A DNA stretch of 63,529 nucleotides, the filler included, from Choristocarpus tenellus KU-1152 (taxonomy: Eukaryota > Protista > Phaeophyceae), in NCBI GenBank assembly GCA_964200185.2. It is 10 parts of 10 records of this genome, joined end to end, with 100 filler letters (N's around TTAATTAATTAA, not from the genome) between each part and the next. Parts side by side here need not be neighbours in the genome. Positions count along the whole stretch, not along the records: positions 34,613 to 38,490 come from CAXNAD020017421.1; positions 38,591 to 52,697 come from CAXNAD020001277.1; 8 more parts are not named here. The stretch is one strand, 5' to 3'. Within the stretch, counting starts at the first letter, position 1. Every line of letters starts with the position of its first letter. The notes under the pieces were generated by a model, which had not been told where the DNA came from, did not search any database, and was given only the letters and a program-made list of their open reading frames with translations. The position numbers were made by a program, and so were the translations under genes. This document shows, piece by piece, positions 36,391 to 48,200 of the stretch.

Positions 36391-37779
36391 TGTTTCGCGG
36401 CACAAACTTATGACCCAGAGGTAGTATGTATTTATGTTTGTATGCGCAGGTCCAAATTGTCTATGCATCGTTGTATCTTCTTTCATCGAACTAGTGTGGT
36501 GATGGCTTGCGGGTTACCTGTCATGGCAGAAATCAGTCAGTTTCTGAACCATTCCGCTGATACTCCATGGATTTCGTGGGTTAGAACCCCTTGAACACCG
36601 GAGTGTTTTCGTAGAGGGGGACGGTATCAAAATGCACTAATAATACCAGAGGTAGAAGAGATGGGGGGTATTCTGATGATAATACAGACACCCACCGATT
36701 TGCATCTAATGATAGGTGCAATGCGAATATCCAATGCTCTTGGATTATTTCCCATTTTGATTAGAATTCAGTAGTTGCTACCGCTTCCTCAAATTGGCTT
36801 CATTCCACTCCTCCCAGGGGTACACACTCCTACCTAACTCCTGTACTGCCACCTTGAAGGGAGGCTGGTTAAGGTTCAGTGGGTAATACTCTATATGATA
36901 TGCATGTGGCTAAGGCTGTTATCCTATTCGCCCCACCTGCCCTCCAAAATAATGCAGCAATCGCTTGGGAGCAATTTAGAAACCTCCGCTTCGTATTGCA
37001 ATAATTTGTGATGCGAACTGTTAGGTAACTAGGAGGTGCACGATTGTCCGCATCACTTTGGACTGGTGGTTTATGCTCAGTCGATGGTCAATGAATACGG
37101 TCTGAGCAGAGTAGAAAAATGAAAAATGAAGTGATGCTGACTATCACAGAGATGTATGGTATGTGCCGTGAAGGATACTTCGAAAGTAAGAAATCAGTTA
37201 AGGTAGGCAAGGTAGAATGGGTTCATTTTCATAGTCACTTGAGCATACTATAGTTAGTTTTATTGCCTCGCTTAATTACAAGTTCGTGGTTTCTCTTCTC
37301 CAGCAAGTCATGAGGTCGTAAGGTCGACATAGTATTTAAGGGGCGAGTCTTCATGGCGTCTTCAGTTTTTGGTCTGAAAAATACAATGAATTACGAAAGT
37401 TCGAGTGACAAATAGTTAATGTAAACTCGTATTGACTTCATCATCACTTACCTTTTCATTTGACAAACAATTAAATGTTTCTTTCATGTCTACTTGTGTT
37501 GGGTGTATTGGTTTTATGGACAAATTTCATGGGTACAATAACACGTTCGATGTTTGAACTTCAAGGGCTCTAGCGTCTTTTTCAGACTCTATTTTTCACA
37601 GACCGTTCCTACACATGGACATGTTAATAAAGAACACCAAATAATACAGGCAGTACTGGATGAGTTCCAGACCTCTCGCTTGACCTTAATCGGATATGAG
37701 CTCGGACTAGGTATTTCTTGTTTCGTTGAAGTGCACAGGGGAATCCCCCAGTCTTGGAGAACCACCCCTGTCATACTTT

Positions 37780-38067
37780 GGTTCAAAGTATCTGAGGGGG
37801 GTGGCGGCTGTCCATTTGGGGTCAATTTTTTCATGTCGCGATTTTTAGGTGATTTGACTGCATACTTCGAATGGACAATGTAAGTGCACTTTTCCTGGTT
37901 TTGGTCTAAATGGCCACCTTGGTGTAGACCCCCCCCCCCCCCCCCCCACTTTTTGTCTTTTTTTTTTTCTTCTTCCCACCCTTCTGGTTATGTTTCTTTT
38001 TTTGGTCAGGNNNNNNNNNNATGGCCACCTTGGTGTAGACCCCCCCCCTCCCCAGATACTTTGGGTC
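37780..38067. mobile_element. MITE family B, both termini present (internal scaffold gap), TSD TTT
   Basis: ttt|ggttcaaagtatctgagggg...cccagatactttgggtc|ttt. Confidence 0.8.
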
Positions 38068-38272
38068 TTTTTCCACTTCTTCAAGCAAGCCTTAAGGTTA
38101 TGTTTCGCATACGGGTCAGGATTAGGTTTTCGAAGTGTAGGTGAAAAAGTGAATAGTGGTCGATCCTTGAGAGGTAGTGGTTCCCCGGTCACACTGTACT
38201 ACTGCTGCATCACTTCTTGTAGAATGTTTCCTTGGCTGGTTAGAGATATTTCCACACACAAGTTAGGGTTAG

Positions 38273-38490
38273 GATTGAAAGTATCTTAGAGGGTACGATT
38301 TTTGCCCTGTTTGTCCATTTGGTGCTTGGCTTCCCTTGGGGTTTTTATTACATTTTCCTACTCCAAAATGTTTCGGAGTAGATAAAACTGATACATCCTG
38401 AAAAGGCGTGTCCGGAGCAAGGATAATGACACTTTCTAACAAACACGATAGCCAAAATTACATCAAAATCGCAACATTGGATTTTGACCC
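38273..38490 (-). mobile_element. MITE family A, truncated by the contig end
   Basis: gattgaaagtatcttagagggtacg... family A body. Confidence 0.9.
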
Positions 38491-38590
38491 NNNNNNNNNN
38501 NNNNNNNNNNNNNNNNNNNNNNNNNNNNNNNNNNTTAATTAATTAANNNNNNNNNNNNNNNNNNNNNNNNNNNNNNNNNNNNNNNNNNNN

Positions 38591-38743
38591 CTGTCCATTT
38601 GGGCCCAATCTTTTCATGTCGCGATTATTGTGTGATTTGGTTCCATACGTTGGATGGATAATGAATGAAAGTGCACTTTTCCTGGTTTTGAACCAAATGG
38701 ACACTCTGGTGTAGACCTCCCCCCCCCCCAGATACTTCGGGTC
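38591..38743. mobile_element. MITE family B, truncated by the contig start
   Basis: ...gaaagtgcacttttcctggtttt...ccccagatacttcgggtc. Confidence 0.85.
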
Positions 38744-38942
38744 GTCACACACACCAATCCCTCAAAGCTCATGGAAGATCTTAAAATAGATGCACCAGTT
38801 CTGATCAAATCTATGAAGAGGCGAATGGTGTAGACCTGCCACAAGAAAAAAATTATCATCCAAAAGTTCACCCCCAAAAAATCTTAACCCTTATCACCAC
38901 AGCACAAATGTCCATCTGTTGTGCTCTCCGACCAGCACTCAC

Positions 38943-41900
38943 TTCAAACATTTCCTGATATGGACGTTCCAGCCCATTGCCCTTCTGGAGACGAAGTAGG
39001 TTTGAAGCAGTATTGGCCACTGCAAACAGACCAATCTTTCTATCCAATGGTGTGGTGCTAGTAGAATGTTTTCCACCAGTTGATTTGTTGAGATTATCAC
39101 CCATGCTACCTTCACCCTTGCCTTTGTCAGGAAACTTATCCAGGGTCTGGTGGAGAGGACTCTCACACACTGGGGAGATAATTCCTCTCCCTGTTTGAGA
39201 CGCACTGGAAGCAAAGGGTTTTAGGATGCAAGGAGGGTAAGCGTTCAGTGCAGACGCTATAGTAAAAGGAAATGAGGTCGTACCAACAAGGATTCAGGGG
39301 CATTGTACGGATGATAATATGTACACCAATGGGATGGCGTGCATTTCGCTTTGATCGAATAGGAAGAATTTGCACTGCAACACACCTGTACCCCGCAGAT
39401 GTCGTTATTTACTGAAATTAATGTTGACGTCACAATTGACTTGGAGCAATTCCTCCTCCTCTCTTGTCCTGTCAAGCATTGTTGACTATTTCAAAGCATC
39501 TGGCGTGTGGCAAAAGTGCTCGTCCAGATACTGTAGTATAAACTCAGTTCCCACAAAACCAAAGATGATTCCCCTCACAGTTCTGTACATACGTTGCAGC
39601 TTTTACCTGCTGGATTGAAAGACTTCCCCTTCATGTTTACTCCAGGAATATAACCAAAACGTGGTAAAGATGCAACTAGTACATTGCCTAACTCTAACCC
39701 TAGAACTCTTCAGTGCCTCAATAAATTATACTTGAAGTACTGCATACTCACAGACCAAGGGGTGCTCAAGTCAACGTGCAATGGTTTCCTAGGCATTAGT
39801 ATATGCTGCGATTTCCTGCAGTAAAAAAATGTACCCCAAGTACTATAGTAAGGCATGGACACAAGTCGTCCTTCTTGTTGTAGAGCTCTAGTCCAACAAG
39901 TCCACCTCCGGGTGGTGGGCATAACTAATGTGGAACTGCACTTAGCATTCACCTAGGGTGTTTTTTTCTCAAACAAATTCCTAGCACCCGAATTTTAGTC
40001 CTGCAGCCAAAAACGATTGAGCCAAAAACGATTGAGCCAAACGCGATTCCAGTCCCTTTCCCAGCCTATTCTGTAGCATATAATGAGAATTGGAAAAAAT
40101 TACCTCACAATGGAAATGTTGTCGCCTTTGTGTTCCTCGATCATGCCCCCCTCTCCCAATCCCATTTCTCCAGTGTTTCCCCCACTCATTATCTTAGTTG
40201 GTGGTGATATAACCCACCCAAAGATGAAGAGGAGTATAAGATCTATGGGCAAGGCCAGGGTCAGGGATACAGTGGCTATTGCTAGTGATGACTGGAAGCT
40301 TATTTCGGTCTCAGCCAGGATGCACCTCTGTGAGGAAGAGTACCAGGAGCACACCATGGTACTTGTGCCACCCACCAACCTCCTCATCCAATTGCTGACC
40401 ACGGCCATGCACTCACCCCTTGACTTGTGCAATGTGCAAGAGTAAGAATCCTGGGACAGGGAAAATGACGTGTAAGCTATGTAACATGTGTAGAAATTTG
40501 GAAGGGCCTCGAATCTGAGGTACAAATTAAAGATAAGTCTACTTGATATCAATCGCACCTATGCAAGTAGCATTATTGATGTTTTCTGCATGACCAGTGG
40601 CGTCTAAACTACTGAGAACATGTTATGGTGGTAGGTATGAAGAGAATCACAATTGCAGGGGAGACCATGTTCAAACAGTTGTACATATTGCTATCACTTG
40701 AAGCTTATTGTTAAGCAGAACATTCCACTTATGTACTGTACATGAGAAGGCCAGTCTCCAGCAAGCTGCCAGTAAACACATATTCCTCAAAAATCTACAT
40801 GAGGCCACAGCACAGGATATCTTCCAGCTACTCAATTGCTCGAGGGTAGTAGTATTATTTGTCTAACATGGTGCCACAGACCTTTTGTAGGAATGAGATA
40901 ATGGTGGCATCAGCTGCCATCAGGGTTATAAGGGACGTGAGTATATAGAAAGCACGTCGAGGTCTTGTGAACGACCTCTTAAAGAGGAAGAAGACAGAGA
41001 AGTAGTGATGCACCATCATGAGTAACTTGAACCTGCCAACCACCAGGCAGTCACCCAGGTGGTGTGGCCTGGCCAACAGGGGGGGTCCAGTGGAAGAGAT
41101 GGTGCAATTGTGTCAATGGCAAGGGCTGCTAAAGGTTCATACGGTGTTGGAGACAGGGTAAATGTCAACACCAACAATGTTGAGAGGGAAATGAAGCTTT
41201 TCACAGTAGCAGAACCTATATCGTTTTCTGTTGGGAAAGGGTTCTAGGCATAGTATGTGAACCGCCTTAGAGTTGCAGTTTCAGTCAAATACTTGATAGG
41301 TTTCATATCGTTCCACCTTCAAGCTTTGTGCTCCCAATGGACCAGTTAAGAAGTTTTGAAGATTTCAAGGTATGACTCTTCAACACAGAAAAAAGATTGA
41401 GGCAACTCACCGATCACTGTCAAGCACATTAATCCCTCCTCGTAGTAATACAGGGCAATCATTCTTAGAGCCTTCCTGGTTGTGCTGATGCCGCCCCCCT
41501 TCCATCACATCACTCTGATTCCTTTGGTTATATCCTCGTTTATGGCAACAGAAAAGAACAGTCAAAGCAGACCAGGTGGCTGTGCAGACACCGTTGGGGA
41601 GACCCATATCCTATAGATATTCAGTGCCATTGTGAACAGCTATGTCATATATTTGAAAAATTAAGTCCTATGTTAGTGCAGACCTGGTGACGATCATGTG
41701 CCCTTCCACTTTCTACTTCTAAAGCAGCATTTCAGGCCAAACGTAACCTCACGCATGTGCTTATTGGTGTGTCTGTTACCTTGAGGTCCATGAGCCATCC
41801 GTACCAGATAATGCACATGCCTAGAAGAAGAATGGAGCCCATGGTCAAAATGACCATGATAAAGGCCTTCACATCACCCGATGTATGGGATGTTGACTCA

Positions 41901-44900
41901 CTCCAAATTTCTGTGAACTCGGCAGGGGAGACAACCAGTAGAGATGCAAAATCTACCTGTGTGCGACAAAATCTGTTGTATTTAGAAGTGAGGAGATGAA
42001 GACTTGAACTTTTTTTTTTTTGTCTCTTCACGAACCCATATGCAAATGCAACATTGTGCCAAAAAGGGTTTTGAGAAGAGAGGTGCAGTTGTTTCTTGGA
42101 GTCAACAATGACGTGACGTTACTTGCACAGGGGTCACTGTAGATTCCTGAGTTCGCATGCTGTGCCTCAATGTACCATGTAATTAGTACTCTTCCAATAT
42201 TTCAATTTCATTGTGACCCAGCTTACACAATGAAATGCACTGTATACGGTAGATACCTGGTTGCCCTCGTTGTCGTACCCAACCGTTTGCCCATAGTCAC
42301 ATAGGCAAGTTGTGCTGCTCTCATTGTATGATAACACCTGACGTAAAATGCATACGTGCGTGAGTTGTGCTTAAATTAGTACTCCGTCTTATGTTTATCC
42401 ATTGTTCGACAAGTTCATGTGTACCTTCATTTGACTAAATATATCTTGCACTGGGGTATGTATTACCTCCTAGTCTTTCCATGTCTCTCCTTAATATTTC
42501 CGTCCCTCTATCTCCCCCCAGTACTCTATAGGGGCACTGGGGAATACTCCGCTCCTATTCCACTCCTCTCCTTCATACCCCCAACCTTTTCCCCCTGAAC
42601 CTGGCTATTTTCTAAATTCCAAACCCGAAGTCTGACAGGGAAGGGTGTATGTCTATTGCTGTATAATACAGCTCCTTCCCCAACCTGGCAGCCTTTGCTG
42701 CTGAAGCTTCCACTCTCCTGTGCATCTCCTTCCCAGTCTACACACTTGGGTTGAGTACTGTTTTCAGTGCAATCAATGCTGTGAACCTGCAGCAACGAGT
42801 GAAGAGAGGGATTTGAGATGGTCTGTAGAGAAGATGTGGCGTGTTGCATGTAAATAAAATATGTACAGAAAATGCTCACGGCTCAGCCTTTTTGAATCCG
42901 AAGGGTGAGGTCACCTTGCGCTATTTAAAAATCCACCTGAATCTACTCTCGCAGTGATTGGTGTGTTCTTCTCTTCCCCAAAGATACGATGAGGCTACAT
43001 TTGTGGCAATCAGCCCCACCACTTTGTTTGCAGTGAACAAATTCAGAATAATTAATCAATAATGGGGCAACCCTCAACATTTTGGAACCAATCTTCCCTC
43101 GTGGCACCTCACAGTAGCACCTTCACTGGCATTTCTCTTTCTCCTACTCCTATACCTGCCACCTAGATCCATACCCCTCATACCAAGCTCCATATTCACC
43201 GCAGATGCACCAGTGCACACAGTGTCAACAACTGTGCCATTTGGGCAAGTAGTTGAAAAAATGTCATAAGAACCCTGGGAGCAGGTGCGATTGAAGTGAG
43301 TCACGGTTGGGTCCTCCCACAACGTGCCAACATTGTTGTTAGGTAGTGTAATCTGGAGACATGATGGTGGACATTTGTTAGTACACCTCTCACGAGATAA
43401 ACAGACAAACAAGTCGACAGGCAAGAATCAAGCAGTGAAATAAGAAACCAATCCTTTGAAGAGAGGGTTAGGAGGTATTTGCAGTTATGCACCATCGGCT
43501 ATGGTGCATTAAAGACTGAGTGTGCTGGCGTGTACTCGCATGCAGGTGAAGGCGGAAGGTTGACCAGCGGGCAGTTACACTACGAGGTTGTAAGGAGAGG
43601 GTTGCTAAGCTTTACTTAAAGGTTTTATTCTAACCTTCTCATCCAACTACAACACATTTAAGTTCAACTACTAGGGAAGTAGATCGCTATGATAAATGTG
43701 GGGAAAACAATATTAGTGGGCTGTCTCAATTCAAGTCATGGAACACTGGCCCTTTGGATTGCTCTGATTAATAACAGATAACTCTTGTATTTGATGCCAT
43801 GGTATGTGTGCGTCTGAGTGATGCATCCCTGATGAGAGCAGAGCCCCCTTTCAAAAAGCCATACTACTCAAGCTCTTCCACCCCAAACCACTGTTGGTTA
43901 GTGTGATACCATACTTGCTGCTGAGTTTATCTACCACCCTGTTACAGAGTTTGATATCTCTAGGCATATCCCAGCCTGTATTAATCATTGATTCTGTCAA
44001 TTGGTACTTCTTTTGACTGATTCAGTGGTGTCGCCTGAGAGTCAGTGTTGCAACCATTTCGTTTGTACTGCTCGGCATTCATTCTTCTTCTTTTTCATAC
44101 CTCAAGGAAGCCCAGTCCATCGGAGAGGGATCGCCGTGTTTTACTACTTCTGGAAACTTTCCTTAGCTTCCTCCTCTCCACACTGCTTGTTTCCTCCACA
44201 GGATTAATGAAGAAACGCAGGATGGAGGATACCACATTGGGGTTGATGGATGAATTTGACGACTGCCTCGTGTAGGGAGTTTTGTGCAAGGATGTTGTGG
44301 AAGACATGGAATAAAAGAGCCAGGGGTATGAGCACACACTCCTCAGTGTATATTTCTTCAAATTTCTTCCATGAAAGAAATTGTGAGCAGCATGTTGCTT
44401 CACATGCCGAATTACCCAGATATTTGTTGAGGATTCTGATATACAAGGTATACTTCAATACTGTCATCAGAAGTGCACTTACACTCCAGAAATCAATCCA
44501 TGTTTGTGGCCAGAGTGTTTTGCCGATAAGTGACCTGTCAGGCCCTAAACTTCTGCGTGGCGGTTTGTCGAAGTGTATCAAGCATTAGTTGATTTCTCCT
44601 GTCGGTTGTGCATTTCAAATCACTTTTGCGTAAAGAGACCGCCCCGACATAATAAAGGAGCATTAAACCTTTCCGTCTCAAATTTGCATGATGTCATTGT
44701 TGGTGGATAAATCCGTGCGGATTGCTGGAAGATTTGGGCCTTGACTTTTTTAATGTGTTTACCCAAACCATCTGCTCCTTGGTAAAGACACCTTTATGAT
44801 TGTTAGCTGATTGGTTAACGGGAAAAAATGTTGCATACACCTCAGCACTCAAAGTGCAACCCTTACAAGATTGAACTGATTCCATATAAAAAATATGTCA

Positions 44901-45152
44901 CACCCATAGTTCGTGTAATAGTTCCATGGAAAGGCCTGGAGGTGGGCGCACGGAGAAAGGGGGCAGACAAGCTTCTCCATCTTTCTATCTCTTAATGCCT
45001 TGGCCATGACCTAGAAAAAATCAGACACTGACTCGGGTCAAGCTGAGCATTTGTGAAACATCCTTGTGTTCAACATTTTCCTGGTCTGTAATCAGACCTC
45101 CACTTTATTGCACTTCGAAATATACCAATGGTGCAGTAGAAGCGATATGTGT

Positions 45153-45208
<56 letters not shown>

Positions 45209-48200
45209 CTACAAGAAACTGAAGGGATTTCAAAGCTGTAAATTGCTGAAGAAATCACTGAAGCTTCCTGAACAAGGAAGAGATTGGGCACTGCTTCATT
45301 ACTTCACACTAGATGCAACCTTTCTGACCTCACCATGAGATAGATCATGACCCAAATCAATAGTACATGTAGTACTTTGGAGGGGTTTTTTTTAACAGTC
45401 ATGGGGACTTCTGCAATAATATTTTGGCTCCTCCCCTAATAATGTGAAACCATATAGCAACTTTAAAATCCAACCTCTAAGGGGCACAGAGCGCACCTTT
45501 CGTGGGTCAAGTACCCACTCTACAACCCCCAAGCTTAAGCTTTCCAATTCCTCGGGAATATTGTCTGAAAGGTCTTGGGGTACTGTTACGGCAGGTGCCA
45601 CCCTTCCTAGCCTTTGTTCAGCGAGGCTTAGAGGCGGTGATATCTGCTTAGTGCAAGTGGCGGGCAGTGGAGGTTGGGGGGGGTGGGCAGTTGGAAGAGA
45701 AGGTCTGATTTGAAACGAAGTCAATGCCATGGGTTTCAAGGGTCACCTTCCTCTACTTGGCACCAACACTGCGGTATAGGGTGCATATTTTTCCTAAACA
45801 CAGCCAATCCATAGGGTAACCTGCAGTTTCGAGGGTTCATGGGAGATTCTGCACCTTCCTTTTTTTAATAGGTTACTGAAGAGGAGTGCAACACTTTCAA
45901 CAACATACTATCGTGAGAGAGGTTGTTGAGCTCAGCGAATGAACTACGCACCAGGTTGAGATCGCTAACAACATGCTCGAAGCAGTATTCAGTCATCGAT
46001 ACAGTATTTCATAGGTAGGCTTATTGTAGAACAGCCTCAAAGTATGAAAAGGCACACTTCAACTCGATTTCTAGAACCAATCGAGAAAAGATTGGTTGCT
46101 GTTGTTGCTAAGACTGTTTTTCGAAATGTGCAGATCGCAAATGCAAGTATGTTTCTATTAGGACAAAAAACAAAACCGGATACAAACTAAAACTCCTCGA
46201 TTCCAGGACATCACTTCAAGCCTCTGATACAATGGAGTCAGACCATAGCAAATTGGTGGGGTGGCCTCCCTTTGCCATGGAAGCAACGCGTATGGAGTGA
46301 GGGGGCGAAGTAGGAAACGATTCCGTGAAAGCTGAAATTGAAGGATTAGTGTTTTTTTGTCAGATATGGATGGTGAGTTCTACGTAGACTAAGGAGCGTA
46401 CCTTCATGTAGTACCTGTATTGTGAAATAATCAATTGTGATTAGAGAGTTGGATGATTGGGGAATGGAGTTGAATCATTGGTTGGACGATTTGATTGAGT
46501 GAAAGTATGTTGTTGCTTCCAGCATTTAATATTTTCTTCTTACACTAGGAATGCCCACATAGCTACATGATTCCCTAGATTGTTCATTACACGACTAAGA
46601 CCCTAAATATCCTCACTGAAGGCACCTCAGTTGTGGTTTGTCACCTTGTGCACTTGTCACACAACCTGATGTAGGATGGTTCAATATAGTCATTCTCTTG
46701 TCGACTGGTCACACTGAACAGGAGTAGAGCAGTGCTTAGACATTGATTCAAACTAGGCACTGACTTTTTTTAAAGACAAGACCAAGACCAAGACCAAGAC
46801 CGTGAGACATACATGAGTCAAGCCCCCTCGTTTCCTCTTCCACCAATCTCTTGTTGACAGGATCTCAACACTCTGAGATAATGCATTCAGAGCACATAAA
46901 ATCTTGTTGCTTCATCCTTCACTATAGAAACAAGACCCCTTACAGAGCGACATATTCCTATCAATTGAATCTAGTACCACAAAGGGATCCTATTAAAGTG
47001 ATACCAATCATATAGGTGCCAATATTTTGCGAGGGCTGGGCAATCAATGTTCATCAAGTGAACACTAGGTCACTATATCCAGGGTTTACTAAGTTATGAA
47101 CCTGATATGATTCATCTTAGCATAGAACATGGATGCACTAAATCCTCAATTAGGGAGCATGCACTCTGGACTATTTCTATGTTTGGTACTAGAAACATAT
47201 TTGCAATTCCATCATCACAGCTTCGGTATGTGAATGTGACTTGTGCATTTAATTAATTACCTGGACTCCACCAACAGAGCCTGAGTCGTACAACCCAGTT
47301 GACAAACGGCAGAAGTCACTGTTCACCTCCTTTGAATCCTGACCTGGCACCATCCCCACCACCTGCGAGGAAGTTAACTGACTCACTACATCCGATAAAG
47401 AGTTCATGTCACTAGGCTCATCAAATGTGCTTGCTCCCACTAACACCTTCCAGTTTGGAAAATTATATCAAATGGAGGAGAGTTTGAGACGCAGGTTTGG
47501 GAGATGAAGTAAGCATAAAAAGTAGCTCATGGGGTGGGGGAGAAGGAGTATACGTGTAAGGCATGATTGAGACTGCTGTGGGGACCTAATTTGGAGTGAG
47601 GATGGTATCGGGTTTGTGTAAAGGGCACCAAGTCCTAAGCATAGATAAACGAATGAAAGTTATTTACCTTGTTTAGATACATGTTCTGCAGAAAAATCAT
47701 CACCAAGCTTCTTGAAGTTATTATACTATGTACCTGTTAGATTATGTTCGTTCAGTTCCCTGGTGTGTGCATAAGGACACCCTGCATGAGCTGTACCAGT
47801 TCCGGATTGTTCCAGTTTTATCGTCATTGCTGACAGCTCAAATGGCATCACGTTTTTGCTCCCAAATCTACATTAATTTAACTATCTTACCTATCTAATC
47901 TTGCTGCCTGCAAATAACCCAGTTCCTATCCCTATATTTCCTTAGTGCTAGGTGTAGGTTACAGTTTTTGAGTTGGGGCAGATGCGCTGGAAGAAAATAT
48001 GTTCTTACCTGACCCATAACTTCTACCATGGCGATAGCTGCAGAGTCCAGGATGCCCTTCGCCTCAGTCTTGCACAAGTAAGAGATTTCAACTGCCAGAG
48101 CTAGAGCATCGGCAATAGTGTCAACTGAGAGTTCTGTAGCCACTGCAGTAACCTTACAATACAATATGGGTAGGAGCAACAGATATCCCAGTAGGAGGTA

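Noticed and set aside
41069-41245. Apparent in-frame TGA or frameshift upstream of the HHYFSVFF exon of the REJ gene
   Set aside because: A normal acceptor (ttggccag|G, phase 2) at 41068 with a pyrimidine tract removes the problem.
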